Positions 1-14,853 of a stretch of 64,000 nt of DNA are shown here, in pieces; the first letter of the stretch is position 1, and every line of letters begins with the position of its first letter. The stretch lies in NCBI RefSeq assembly GCF_009914755.1, contig NC_060945.1; one strand, 5' to 3'. Origin of the DNA: the human T2T-CHM13v2.0 reference genome, Homo sapiens. The position numbers and the translations under genes were made by a program. The notes below the pieces were generated by a model that worked only from the letters and a program-made list of their open reading frames with translations, did no database searches and was not told where the DNA came from.

Positions 1-1691
1 CATTTTCGATGTAGAAAACAATATTGCGTAAGATAAGCTGAGCATATTTTTCACTTCGTTTTTGTTTTGCAAAACAATTTTATTGGTTTTGTTAATGCCC
101 CAATCATCAGTACTGCTTGGTATAAGAGCCGAGTTTGAAGAATTATCATGTTGCAAATGTATTTTGTTCAGTTATTTCAAATTAGTAGACAGAATTGAGA
201 GGTGGAAAATTTTAGAAAAATCTTGGTTAATCATACTTGGAATTTGGTTATGTAATATCTCTTTCTCTTTTGGGGAATACAAAGGTTCATAAACTAGTGA
301 TAATCTTCACTCTTGGAACCATTAGATGCTATCATGATGTTAGCATAGAAGATAAATTTATAAGTTGCAGTGAGGTAAGGAAATAAAACACGTAAGTCTT
401 TGAAAACAACACTATGACAGTCCTTGCAGGCTAAAACTTAGACACCAAAGCATTTTTTGTTACTTTTGGAGAATAAAAGAAGTGTGCCCCTCAATGTCTT
501 GTGGGAGAAAATATATAGTTTGATACACTTGTCAATATCTCTAACTCAAAAATGATGAGTATAAGGAGTGACCCTTATTGTAGTCTTATATTTCTCTCCA
601 ACAATTAAGAGAGTTGGTGGGGATGTTTTTTCCATGAGTTCATCCCAGGCCCCAGGAGATTTTCATCTTGTATTCTCTTTATAATCCTATCTTAGTGTTT
701 CATCCTCATGGCTAAGTTCAGCAATACTTCTGCATTCCAGACAGTAAAATGTGTAAGAAGAGATGTAAAAACAATCGGCTTTGCCTTTATGGAGATTAAC
801 TTAAATTTATGCTCATAATATAATTCATATTATATTTGATCAAAATTAATCACTGATAAGAGACTATAGAAGGTAATCTCCTGCTTGTGGTCATATGTAC
901 TTAGGATTCTATTACTAAACAAAATGAAAGAATGCATTATATGCACAATTAGTGGTCTCTAGTACAAAGAAATTACCAGGTCATTTCCAATTCTCAATAT
1001 TAAAAAAAAGTTTATTTCTTACTGCACTATCAAATTGGAAAGGTCAGTACAGGGGCATTCAATAATAGTAAAAATATGAATAACAATCATGTATAACAAC
1101 AGAATCATTTAAAAAGATGTATATTTAAAATGTGATTATTGCATTTTATTTCCCCTGGCAGAAAATAATAAACTGGAGAAAAATCACATTTGATTGATGT
1201 CTGTTACATGGATTTTTAAAATTTGTATCAATGAATGCTTTTTAAAGGTAAACTAATTGAGGCCTACCGAAGGTAAATAAATCTTTAGTTATTTTGGTAA
1301 ATATATTTTACAGTTTCATTCTTTTTCAACTTAAGTTAGATAATAGGTACTATATTCTCTCCTAATGTAAATGTTTACGAGCATTGAAACTCCATCTGGA
1401 GAAAATAGAAACACTTTTAATTTAAATGACATTTGAAGAAGGAAATGTATAAATGTATTCAAAACTGTAAGTGAAAATGGGAAGGTCCTATTAAAAAAAA
1501 AAGAAAGGACAAACACTTTCCAATGACCTTTCTATAATATTAGCAAATTTATTATGATCTGTTATGAAAGACTGTTTTGCCTTCCTTGTTTCTACTGTCT
1601 CAACTGCCTAAGTACTAATTCAATTGAAAAGTAACTTCAGGTATGGGTCCATTTTAATGTCCCTCTACAAGATCTGCAGTGCCATTAATTA

Positions 1692-1795
1692 CAATCATAT
1701 AATCTTAGAGCCAAGGACCCTTAGAGATTATCTAATCCTATTCTATTAATGCATGATGAAATGGGCTTAGCAATCTGTCTAAGGTTACACAAATT
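1692..1795 (-). mobile_element. MIR3/MIRc-like SINE fragment
   Basis: aatcatataatcttagagccaaggacccttagagattatctaatcc...gaaatgggcttag...aaggttacac resembles a degenerate MIR core. Confidence 0.45.
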
Positions 1796-3079
1796 CAAAA
1801 ACACATAGAAAGTTTTCATAATCAAATTAAATTAAAAGTATAAAACAATGTCACTAATTTATGTATAAGAAAATATTAAATATCATTTTATATGAAGTGA
1901 TTCTGATAATTTTAATGAGTTCATAACAATGCTTCTAAATATTTCAAAATTTTAGTTTATCATCCAAATATGATAATACTATACACTTTTATAAGTGAGT
2001 CTTCTACAGTGAAAATTACTAATTATAGGAAAGAGAAAATCATGGATAAATAGGGTTGTATCAAACTCTTAAAATGTACATGTGGAAATTTAAAAATATC
2101 CTCTTGCCAAGGGGATGTTGATGTCATTCCATAACAGGATTGACATGTGTAATTAAAACAAACAATAAAAATTAAGAATATATAAATAATATTTTAAATG
2201 CTTGAATTTGTTATTTATAATGAATATTGAAATTTATTTAGTGAGATAAAAGGTTAACAAATTCTTGAATATAATTATACTACTTTTATAATAAAATGCA
2301 TCCAAGCTGAAATCTCACTTCTGTTGTCAATTGCTTTGATGGTTCTAGACTCATTTCCCTATTTTTGGTGAGTCATAAGATGGATGACGCACATGCTCAA
2401 TAGCAGGTTATGTTCATGGCTAAGGTTTATCATAGCAAAAATTACAGAGCAAAACCAGTTCTATTCATATTTTTAATAAATAGTAAACTAATTATATCTT
2501 GTTATTCCTATGCTTTGTCTATCATACCTACACATAAATATAAGCACTGGTAAGTTCTGGTTCCAAACATAGCTTATATATGAATGCCATAATCATTCAA
2601 TATGCATACATTAGCCTTGAATTTTGAAGATTAAAAATTGTTTGTAAAACTATCTAGAAAAAATTTATTATGATTACAGCCACTATTAGGTTTCAAAAGG
2701 GTTCATCAGAAATCTCTGAGGTATATAATGGGGAAAGAATATTTTGACTACCACTTTAACAGGTCTGCTATTTAATAATATTAGTTTCTTTTTAATTGAT
2801 GTTTCATGGACATCCAGAATACTAGCTATAAAATCATATATGCTGCATAATGCAAGGAAAACAAAAGCACCTGTAAATATTACAGAAGACTATACATGTA
2901 TGTATATCATTGCCATAAAATACCTATATACATATATGTATATACACACATAATTGTTTTCACAACCATGATATTATTACTTACAAAAGCATGCAAATTT
3001 AGGGAGATGGCTAAATAAGTTATGGCTTTTTCATAAATTGTAAGCCTATTCATTATAAAATATTATTGAGGATCAACTT

Positions 3080-3970
3080 TCATTTGTTCCCCAACAAATT
3101 ATTGAGCATCTACTATGTATATTCTAGGCCCATTTCTAGGGACTGGGGAAAAAATAGTGAAAATAACATTCAGAATGTCTTGGCTTCACAGAGCTGTTGT
3201 TCCAGTGTTGGGAGAAAAACAGTAATTAATACCACAAAGTATCATGTGTTGTATGCCAGATGGTTTAAGTTCTATTCTAAAAAATGTGGCAAAGAAGGGG
3301 AATAGAGAGTTCTGGGCACAAGAGGTGCTGGATACTGAACAAGATGGTTGCTGAAAGCCTCACTGGGTGGTATCATCTGAATACAATGAGTGGTTATGAG
3401 AGAATGAGCCAAGAGCATAATTGAGAGAACATATTTTCAGGGAGCAGAAATAGCAAATGAGGCCTTGGTGTATGAACACACCCATGAGGTTCCACTAAGG
3501 ATGCCAATGTGATACAGCAGAGGAGATGAGGTCACACTCCATGGGGAGATGGTCACATAAAGCTTCTTAGAAAATGGTAAGAACTTTGTTTATTTAATTG
3601 GCAGCCATGAAGGGTTTTAAACAGAAAAGCAATCGCCTCTTTAAAGAATTAGCAGTAACAGTTTGACTGATCTGTGAAAATAGACCACAGCATAGCAAAA
3701 GAGAAAACAGGGAAATTAGCGAGGAAAGTATCGTGTAAACTATTGCTGAAGCTGTTCTAAACTATAAACTATGTAAATTATAAATTGAAATTGTTCTATG
3801 CAAACAAGATATATTTGAACCCTGTATATTAGAGGCAAAAGTCCATGATATTGGCAATGTTTTGGCCTGAACTATGGGAGGAACAGAGTTGGAATTACTC
3901 ACCTGGGTTTAAATTTGGGAGGAGCAAATTTGGGAATAGAGGATAGGAAAGATCAATAGTTTTATTTTTA
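3080..3970 (-). mobile_element. L2 LINE 3' region
   Basis: caacaaattattgagcatctactatgt...ctagggactggggaaaaaatagtgaa is the reverse complement of the typical L2 3' end. Confidence 0.65.
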
Positions 3971-5559
3971 ACAGGCTTAATTTTAAATAGACAATCATAT
4001 AATATATTTTAAATAAACTATTAATCATAAAATAATGTCAGGCTATATTTTAATACTCACCTATCAATTATAAATAAATAAAATGATAAGAAAATACATA
4101 AAAACCGCAATAGTTTTTGTAATTAGACAGTGGAGTTACTTGTGATTTTAATGATGTAGGAATTATTCAGTTTTTAAATAATAAATCTTTATTAATTTTA
4201 TAATTATCAAAGATGCTATAAAAAGAAATAATTTTTTTATTACTATGCTACTGATGTATTTCCATTGCATTGACTAACAAAATTAATACTAGAATTTTCA
4301 AAAGTATCCACAGTGGTTACTTTATTTGCACTGTTAATTCAGCTCTTTTTAAGTATGCCTTCTCGTTCCCTAATTGATATAATTCAGAGACTACACTTGG
4401 ACACAATTTAATGAATAAGCAAATTAGGTCCAGTTATTCCAATATGAAATTCCTTTTAATTATGGGCTACTTTTGGAGATGTAGAATAATTTGAATGTTT
4501 AATTTGGTGACTCAGTATGACCTACTTCACATTGTTTTATGAGTGGGTGAAAAATATAAGTGCTAGGAAATGTGTACCAGAAATAATTTGTCATCTAATT
4601 ACATTTCAGAACATTATACCTCCTCAAAGCCTTGTTTCGGCATATATCTCATTTTAAAAATCTATGTTGCATATATGTTTACTTCTTTAAAATTTTAAAA
4701 ATGTTTGTGGCATTCACATAAAATACAGAAGAGACTAGCAATAAGTGACATACATGTACTTCAGGACCTGAAAATTTATATATTTTTTTCTTTCCTTAAA
4801 AAGAATATATTCAAATACATCATGAGAAAAATGTATAGCTTTATAGTTAGGATAAACCTTTAATTCAAGTGCTGTTACTTGAATTAAGGATGCACAAGCC
4901 CCGGACTCTACTCCACAAACCCCACCCACTCTTCTCACCACATAAATACCTAGGGAGAGGGATCTGTCTGAAGGAACCTTTCCCACAACAGCCTTTATTC
5001 AAAATGACACACCTGCCACTTTCTTGATGCCTACTCTTGTACTCCAACTGCAGTGTGATTCATTACACACAGTTTGCTTGTATGTTATATGACAGTGATT
5101 ACATCAAGGATTTGGGTACTAGCTAACTGAACTGATATATTTGAAAGTACTTTATAAAACAGAAAGTGCTGAATAACCATTAAGTATACAGAATGATTTG
5201 GCAACAATCATATGTAGTACCATATTTTCTGAAATATCTATTTCTTAAAAAACAAGTTTCATTAAGTATATTATTTGCTGAATAATCTCTCAAAGGTCAT
5301 GTTTTCATATAGCTACTATTATTGCATTTTGAAATCAAACATTATTTTCTTTGCCATTTCAGAGAAGCCCTTGGTAATCCAGCCCGCAAGTGCAATTCAT
5401 GCGCATGGCTCTAAAGAGAAATGGGCAAACAAAAAGAAGATTAACTACACATTCAATAATCATTTATTTATTTTCTTAGAGATATCTACAGTAGCTCTCT
5501 CTTATCCTTATTTTAATAAATGCTGACGTACAGAATTAGTGAGATTTTTGGTAATAATA

Positions 5560-5847
5560 TTTTTTTTTTTGAGGCAGAGTCTTGCTCTGCCAACCAGGTT
5601 GAAGTGCAGTGGTGCAATCTCCACTCCCTGCAACCTCCACCTCCTGGGTTTAAGCGATTCTCCTGCCTCAGCCTCCTGAGTAGCTGACAGGTGCGCACCA
5701 CCACGCCCTGGCTAATTTTTTTGCATTTTTAGTAGAGATGGAGTTTCACCATGTTGGCCAGGCTGGTCTCACTCCTGACCTCAAGTGATCTGCCTGCCTC
5801 GGCCTCCCAGAGTGCTGGGATTACAGGCATGAGCCACCGCGCCCATC
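5560..5847 (-). mobile_element. AluS
   Basis: poly-T followed by a full dimeric Alu in reverse orientation, ending gagccaccgcgccc. Confidence 0.95.
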
Positions 5848-8120
5848 TGGGTTATAAATTTGTTATTCCTCTTGTGGTTGTTTGGGATGTGTATTTGTGT
5901 GTGTGCACATATACATATTATTGAATTTACCACGTTACTCCAAAGGCTTTTCTTTAACTATTTTGCTTGATGTATATTCAACAATGATAGTCTCAAACAA
6001 ACAAACAGAAAACAGAAACACATCTGATTTTTCACCAATACTGTTTATAGAATGAATCTGTATAGAGTCTGAGGCTATTCTGATGATAAATTGATTATAG
6101 GACTAGAAAAAACTATTTTGCCATTTTACAAACTCTCATTATGCACCTTATATAATAGTGCCAAGTTAATAAATTTGCTTCTATGTTTATAGTCTGCAAC
6201 AGAAAAAACTTATGAGGTACTATTTTCCAGATGAAAGTGAAAGTGATGACAGATTTTATTTCTACACTTAAATTATTAAGATATACCTTTATTATGTGAG
6301 CATAATCGATTTTATTGCAGGGAAGGCCCTTAATTCAGTAAAAAAGACAAGATTGCTTCTTGAATATTAAAACATTTTCATCTTTTCAGTTTTGCTTTTC
6401 TTGATTATCTATTTTTCTTTTTACTGAGTAATGTATATCATTTTTTAATTAAATATAATTTAAATAATATTTTACAATAATCTAAAATGCTTCTGAATAC
6501 TTCGTCAATAACTTTTGGATGTTCAATAACATTAAGAACGATTACATTTTTCAAATATTATTTTTGCATTATTTATATGTTTGCATTTTTACAAGTGTTC
6601 TAATCGCATATTGCAAGGCCAAATCAGAATTTTTAAAGACTTCATTTTATTAACATTTAATTATAGCAATAATTAAGAAATAAAATAAAATGACATAAAA
6701 TTTTAAATCATATGAATAAATTAAACCTATATATTTAAATTACTTTACAATTTTAGCATTTTTCATAAATATACAGAAATTTCATTTCGTATCTGTTGTT
6801 ATAATTATTACAATATTAAAATTATGTAATGGAAAAATACATTAAGCATCAATTAAGACAGCATACATCTGTTGGCAAAAGAAAGAGAAGGTATATTTGA
6901 TTTCCTTGATTTTTTCCTCTCAAAATTGAGAAATAGTTTAATTTTATAAATCTATATCCATTTAAATTACTTAAGTCACCATTTTAGCCTAATTTTTTCA
7001 TTTTCTAGATAGATTACTCTTCTTTTTTCTTAAAAAAAAGGTATCATTTATTCTGGTTACGAGTAAAAGACAATTTTAGATGTGCAAATATTTAGATATG
7101 TAATCACAATTAGTATTTTTACTTCATGAAATCTTTAGGCGCAAACTTTGCTGTTCTAAACTAAAATTTGGATTCCAATTCAAAAGCTAAAGACTATCAT
7201 AGTGTGATTATCCCAAATGAACTCTTTTACCTAACACTTACTGAAATTTCAAGATAAGTAGTATTGAGATTCTACAAGTCAGTAAGAGGTCTTCTCTCTG
7301 TGAACTTTTAGGTTTTAAGGGCACAAGGAATTTAATGGCTACTGGGCTAAAGAATGTAATAACCACTACTGTGCATATGATTTTAGTCATATAGGCAAAA
7401 AGCCTAGGAGTTACATTGTTTGGTCAGATGGCATAAGTACAATTAATTGCAATATAAATTGTCAGATTGTTTCATAAAGCTCTACAATAAATTATTCTTC
7501 ACCAGAAATATATGAGAGAACACTAGAAACAATAAGTCCTATAGTTATCTTTAAATGCTACCAATTTGATGGTTTTTCTGGTGACATTCCTGTGTTATTT
7601 TAATTTGTATTTTCTTTACCACCCATGAATCTTAACAGATTTTTTCTATGAAAGTTCAGCACTTTGATTCATTCTTCTGTGGACTGACTGCCTGTGCCTA
7701 TCCACTTCCCTGGCTCTCTTGCTTGGTGTGTGCATGTGGCTTAGTTTTAGCAAATAGAATATTTGCTGTCCCTGAGCCTTAGTCTTAAATCCTTATACAA
7801 GCACTTTTTCTTGTTATCTTACCTGTTTGTCTGACTTGGGTGATGATTCTTAGAGTAATTTTGGTTGCCAAATGTTAAAGTTAGTAGAACTACTATAAGC
7901 CTCTGAGTGGCTAAATGGTAGTTATTTCTGTGGCCTGAATACTCTTATGAGATATTCAGAGAGATTGAGAGGGAAGAATTATTTTTGAAGACATGGAATT
8001 TTTATTTTCTATTCCTTAGAACAGTTTAGTTTACCCTAAATAGTAACTACCTATTATTTTCCTCTGCTAATTTTTCTTGAGGCTCCTAACTTTATCAGGT
8101 GAATTTTAAGATATCTGTGA

Positions 8121-8452
<332 letters not shown>

Positions 8453-10730
8453 TTACCTTTTTGTCATCTATTTAACAAAATATTTGCTCAAATATATACT
8501 TCCATCTGACAACTATTTAACATTACTTTTCTAATATTTTTACCTTATTGCTGCTGACTTGATACATTTTTATTCATTCCACTACATCCTTGTTATTTTG
8601 GAAGATCTATCCTTTATTTCTTTATTAAGGGGTATCTTCAATTTTTTGACCTCACAATTAGATGCATAATTTTCAAGTACTATTTGAAATAAAGATACCT
8701 TCTATTGTCTTAGCAAATTAGTCAATTTCTCTACTTACCCCTCCTCAATAAGTTGACAAATTCAAAAAACATAAATTTCCCCATTTCTTTTTCACCACTC
8801 CCCTCCAAGAAACCTTGGAACCAGTTTGTTCCAAGGTTTGTTCCCACCAAAGTCTAGATTATACAAAAATATTTTAGAATGTTAATGATATATTGTTAGT
8901 AAAATTCTTCTATTGAATAGTTTATGATAATTTGTCAACATGAAATGTTAGGCAGACATTGAATACCAACTAGAGCTATTCATATTCTCTTAATGGGATT
9001 TCCATTGAGTTATTGATGAAAGATAAAGTGATATAAAGAAAATGTGTATACACCAAGTGCAAAATATTTTATACCCTTTATGTGGCCATGAATATTAAAT
9101 CATAGTTATGGGAGGAAATTGCCAAATACATATATTAGGCTGTTAAAAACTGTTTTTCTGAGCTCTGGAAACTGATGGATAGGCATAGCAGAAGAGAGCA
9201 GAAGCAAGCCAAGAAATCAAGGAAAAGATACTGCTATATAACAAGAAATAAAATAAAAGTACGTAATGTAATTCCCTTAGAAAATGAAGTTGGGTGACTG
9301 AGAAGATGTGGAGAACCTTTATACCAATTTCCTTTTTCTAATCAGATTTGATTATAAAACATCGACATAAAATCAATATATGTGTATTATATTCATTTCA
9401 ATTTTAATTTCAAGACCTAATTTTGCTGTCTTAAAGATCATGGATAACTCCATCTTATCTCAGTGTTCAATCTATAATTCATTAAAACAGTTTTCAAAAG
9501 AATTTTCAAAATACTTTATTATGATTACAACCATACTTAATCTTAAATTAGGACATACTATGTGATAAATACTATGGTGAAGTACTTCTCAATAATCCAT
9601 ATTCTTAAACACAACAAGTTCTAGGATCAATCTGCTTAAATTTATATATTTGCTCAATCATTTGCCACATAAATATTTTACAGATAAAGAAACTAAAACA
9701 CTTTTTTTTTCTCCGAAACTGTTTCAGGGCTAAGTAACTTACTCATGAGCTTGGTAAAAATAAAAATTATTAGATACCTTGTGGATCCGTTGCATATATT
9801 TCAAATTTAAGTTTTTGAAGCACTTTTTGAAAAGACTTCTTTATGTGACATTTGTTCATTAAAAACACAGTGATTCTTTTTTTGAAATACGATCCAATTG
9901 TAAAATATCCTGTGTCTAGAAATGAATTTATTTTCCTAACAAAAGTGTATTAAATTAATTAATTAAATTCTCAGAACCATTATTTAAACCAAGTTTGTTG
10001 ATCCTACAACCAGTGAAAATAATCCCTACAATGCTAAAAATGTGTGTGCTATTATCCATCTATTTCCTAGTTCATTAAAGCCAAGTTATCATAATCTGGA
10101 CTTTTTACCAAAGATTTTCAGGGATGTCAAAGGTTTTTACTCCTAAATTTAATATGCTGAAATATTACTTTATGTTCTATTTATTTTTTTCATTTAAAAT
10201 AACATTTTTCTCTATGTTGCGATTGCAAAAATTAACTTATTTACATATATACATGATGTCATGATATAATCTAGGCACAATTTTGGATATTTCCTTTTCC
10301 CAATCTGTTTAACTTACACAGGTAATCAATATATGTAATCACCAAGCAAAAGACCTTCATTGGTTTCTATTTTGTTATTTTTTCCTCTGGAAAAGTGTTT
10401 AAGATAGTTTTAACATGAAGAATAGCGACCATATTTTTTGCATACTGTTATTTCTTCAAAGACGCTTAATCTATATAAACAAATTTTAAAAACCCTGGTA
10501 TCAGTTGGGTAAAATCTCTGAGATTTAAAATATTTACTAAGCTACTAAATGTTAAGCAACACGGGATTTTGAGAAATTGGCCAATGGCAAGGATTGTAAG
10601 GGAACAAAAACTTGGAAACAATGCTGTTTGTCGACATCTTGAATAATTTGCTGTGCCTCTATTTTATGTCACAGTATTTCCACTTCCAGGCCTATACAAA
10701 TAAATAAAATCAGTATTATACACAGAATAG

Positions 10731-10732
<2 letters not shown>

Positions 10733-10768
<36 letters not shown>
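10733..10768. repeat. (AC)18 microsatellite
   Basis: perfect dinucleotide run. Confidence 0.97.
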
Positions 10769-10770
<2 letters not shown>

Positions 10771-11929
10771 GCGTTCAGATATAAAGATTTCAACTGTAGC
10801 ATCATTTGTAATAAACAATATTGGAAACAATGTTGGTATATATTGCTAAGAAAATGTGTTGAGATCAATTTAGTATAATTATATAATGAGATATATGATT
10901 ATTTCATTTCTTTATGGAATGAGTGTAATGGGAAAATCCAGTGGAAAGCTTACGTTAAAGCTAAGAAAGTTAAATCTTTAAGACCTTTCATATGTATGGG
11001 TCTTTCTCGGGGTCATATGAGTTTTGCAAAATTTGCTGTGTAAGATGCTTAATTAAAAATAAGAAAAGCCACACCTGTTTTGACTCCCATTTGCCTTTAG
11101 TCATTTATCTCCCTGTCAGGTAGTGCGGGTCCAGCCTACAACACTTTTAGTATTCAGCTAAGGGGAAGTTGAATAGAGACATATTTAATTTCAGTTCATT
11201 GAGGTTAATGTGTTTGATTTAAAGCCACTTCCATGTAAAATGAAGTTGTTTCTGGCAGTTCAGAGACTTTCTATTGCTCACTCCATAGATTCATCCAGTG
11301 TCGTAGCACAGAGGTGCAGAGGCAGAGAATGTTGTGAGACACATGTCATGCAGTACTTGGTACCAGAGGCTGCAGAGAAGGAAAGAAACAGCTGCCCTTA
11401 ACCTAGCTCTCCTTTCCACTAATTCTTACCGTGGTGGTGATGTGGTGAGAACCAGATGTCCTACATGTAAGGGGATCTGCTGTAGGCAAAGAACTCTGGA
11501 AAAAAGAACCTGAGCGTTTTTGTGGAAGAGTGACCCAGTTGCTCTTGACCCCCTTCTGAGTGTGTCTCCATAGTCACAAAACGGAAAAAAAACTGAGTTC
11601 TTACTTTAACCATTTGGATAAAAATAAATCTCTCTAGGGGAAAGATAACACTAGAGTCTCCAGCTTTGTAACTTCTGGGATGCATCTACTGGGTCTCATC
11701 TTCTCTTGAAATGTAAATATATATCCCTAGTGAGGTAAATCCCTCAGGATGGCCCCTAACCATGTTCTTTCTGTGAATTAATTTCCAGAGCTAGTTCTTA
11801 GCGTAGAGCAGAAGTCTGAGTAAAATTTGTTGAGAAAGTTCTTACTATGCATAAATAACTTTATTTACAGCCTAACACTATCCATTAAAATCAACAAGAG
11901 AAAGACAAACTAATCCAAAATGACCCTGC

Positions 11930-12490
11930 AATCGGGGCTCTAAAACAATGCAGGTTGACTGTAATTGTTAAAATGAATTTGGAAAGTATTTGACCTTATC
12001 TGTTAAAATTAAGTATATGCATACCCTGTGACCAATAATTCTGCTACTATCATCCAACAGGAACACATAAACATATTCAGGAAATGTACAAAATTGTTTA
12101 TTAAAGAATTATTCACAACAGCTTAAATTGGAAGTTTTGCAGTTATCCATCAAGAGTGAAATAAACACATCATAGCATATATATAAATACATGGAGTATT
12201 ATCAAGCAAGAAGGATAAATGGTATACCCAAGAGAGCTTTGATGACTCTCCCAAATACATTTCTGAGTAAGAGAAGCCATCCAGAAAAGAATATATATTG
12301 TTTAATTCTATTATAAAAGTTCAAAAATAGGTTAAAAAAGTCTATGTTATTAGCAATCAGAATAATAATTACTTGCAGATGGAGCAGATGGTAATTTAAG
12401 GGAATTTTATTGTGAAATATGTACAATCACTTTGTTAAAATTAATTAACTATATACTATTTGTGTATTACAATAAAAATGTTTAATAAAC
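11930..12490 (+). mobile_element. old L1 (L1MD/ME-type) 3' end
   Basis: tatgcataccctgtgaccaataattctgctact...aagaagccatccagaaaagaatatatattg...aataaa. Confidence 0.6.
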
Positions 12491-12526
12491 TATCTCATTG
12501 TTGTTATTTACATTTCTTAAATAGCA

Positions 12527-13147
12527 TTTAGGCATGGGTGAAAAGGTTTAACTTGACTGGCATGAATTGCTCAAATACTGTACATTCCAAAGAGGGGTCC
12601 CTCTGCAGGACTAGACCTTAGTCTAGGAGTTCATCTCTGAGCCCTTGGAGTATTTTGCTTGATAAAAGTGTTCTTGTTTTCCTGAAGTCTTGGGCCATAC
12701 TCTCCCAGTTCGACCAGAAAAGGTTATGTTATCAACGTGACTTATGTGAACATCTGTTTTTACTCTGGGTGTAGGAAGAAAGTTGTGCTTAAATGTCATG
12801 GAGCTGAGGTCAATCATATGGGCATTACATGACTATGTGACTGATCCCAGTAAACACCTTCGACAACTAGGCTCCAGCGAGTGTTCCTGGTTGGCAATGC
12901 TTTGCACTTTACATATTGTTGCTGGGATAATTAAACATGTCCCCATGCAACTGCTCTGGGAGGGGACACCTGAGAGCTTGGACTTGGTTTCTCCTGGAGT
13001 TCACTTCATTTGTCTTTTCTCTTAGCTGACTTCTATCTGTACTGTTTTTACTGTAATATACTGTAACAATGAGTACTACAGCTTCTGATTCCCTTAGAGA
13101 TTTCCAGTAAATTACCAGGTCTCAAGTGGTCTTGGGAACCCCTGGCA
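12527..13147 (+). mobile_element. MER77/MER21-group ERVL solo LTR
   Basis: acattccaaaga...ctctgagcccttggagtattttgcttgataaaagtg...gtggtcttgggaacccctggca matches the remembered MER77 consensus. Confidence 0.7.
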
Positions 13148-13645
13148 TATTACTGAACTTAAAGTTTTCAGAATATCTGTATTTGATATATTCCATGGCA
13201 AGCACTATATCCATCATACTTTTTCATTTATTGACATAACTCCAAATATTTCCACATATCTAAAATTCAGGAAAGTAACCCTATCCTTACCTCTGAGGAT
13301 AAAGCTTGTTAAGTATAGGTAAACCATGATAATTTAAATTCACCTGTTTGTGACTGACTTTTTTTAATGACTGTTTTTAGTCAAGAAAATGTGAGGGTAG
13401 GTCTGCCAAGAGCTACTGAAAAGAGTTACATTTTCTAAAAAAAAAAAAATCCTCGTCTTTTCTTTTTGAGAATAATTTGTGGTGTTTCTGAAATCATTGT
13501 CTGCCCATAAAGAGAGATTACTTAAACAAAAAGTCTGTATAAAATATGACTACAAATAAAGATGAGAAAAAAATCATATTCTTGATTAATTTATTGATCT
13601 ATTAAATTAATAGTCTTGGAAGTAGATCCCTCTTTGGACTTCCAG

Positions 13646-13946
13646 TTAGAGACAGGGCCTTACTCTATGGCCCAGGCTGGAGTGTAGTAGTGCCACCATA
13701 GCTCATTGTGTAGCTCACCGCAACCTCAAACTCCTGGACTCAAGCAAACCTCCTGCCTCAGCCTCCCAAGTGGCTGGAATACAGACAGGTGCCACCATGA
13801 CCACACCTGGCTATTTTTTTTTCAATTGTAGAGCTAAGGTCTCCCTATGTTGCCCAGGCTGGTTTTGAACTCCTGGCCTCCAGTGAGCCTCCCACCTCAG
13901 CCTCCCAAAATGCTGGGATTCCAGGCATAAGCCACGAGACCTGGCC
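13646..13946 (-). mobile_element. AluJ (tail eroded)
   Basis: J-type motifs ccatagctca, ctcctggactcaagc and ctccctatgttgcccaggctgg. Confidence 0.9.
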
Positions 13947-14004
13947 TATTTATAGTTTAAATTTTCTCATCGTCTAAATAAAAGATCTAAAACTAATTGT
14001 CTAA

Positions 14005-14331
14005 GTTGGCGGAGCAGTCAGAACACACACATTTATTGATTAAATTCATTGTCTTATATGGATGTGGTTCATGGTGCCCAAAACAATTACAATAGTAACA
14101 TCAAAGGTCACTGGTTACAGATTACCATATCAAATATAATTATAATTAAAAAGTTTGAAATATTGTGAGATTTACCTAGATATGGCACAGAGATACAAAT
14201 GAACACATGCTATTAAAAAGTGGTGCCAATAAAGTTGCTTGATGCAGGGTGGTCATAAACCTTCAATTTGTGAAAAACACATTATCTGTGAAGCCAAGTG
14301 AAGCAAAGCACAATCAATTGAAGTATGTCTA
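14005..14331 (-). mobile_element. Tigger1 DNA transposon 5' terminal fragment
   Basis: caaaacaattacaatagtaacatcaaag...aaaccttcaatttgtgaaaaacac...TIR remnant gtatgtcta followed by TA. Confidence 0.85.
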
Positions 14332-14354
14332 TATTCCACTGCCTTTGTAGAGTG

Positions 14355-14515
14355 TATATAGTTGTATTACATAACATATATAATATATATAATATATATA
14401 TTTGGGTATATGTAATATATATTATATATATTTGTATATATATTATACATACATATTATATACATATATAGTATGCATATATATTATACATATATATTAC
14501 ATATATATATATATT
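14355..14515. repeat. degenerate (TA)n
   Basis: TA/TACA-rich low-complexity tract. Confidence 0.9.
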
Positions 14516-14853
14516 TGATATGGACTGTGTCTTGTTTCCCCAAAATTAATATATTGAAGCCTTAACTCTCAATGTGTTAGCATTTGGAGGTGGGACCTTT
14601 GGAAGTAATTAGGTTTAGATGAGCCCATAAGGATGGGGTCTTCATGATGGGATTAGTGCTCTTACAGGAAGAGACCAGAGAGCTAACACTTTCTATTCGC
14701 TATGTACGTACATAGGAAAAAGGCAGCCCTTTGAAAGCCCAGAAGATGACCCTCCTCAGACTTGCCAGGTTCAAGAACTATAAGAAATAAATGTCTATTG
14801 TTCAGACCAGCGCCTATCTTATTTTTATATAGCAGCCTGAGCTTACTAAAACA
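14516..14853 (+). mobile_element. MLT1A-type MaLR solo LTR
   Basis: tgatatggactg...tttggaggtgggacctttggaagtaattaggtttagatgag...tatagcagcctgagcttactaaaaca. Confidence 0.8.
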
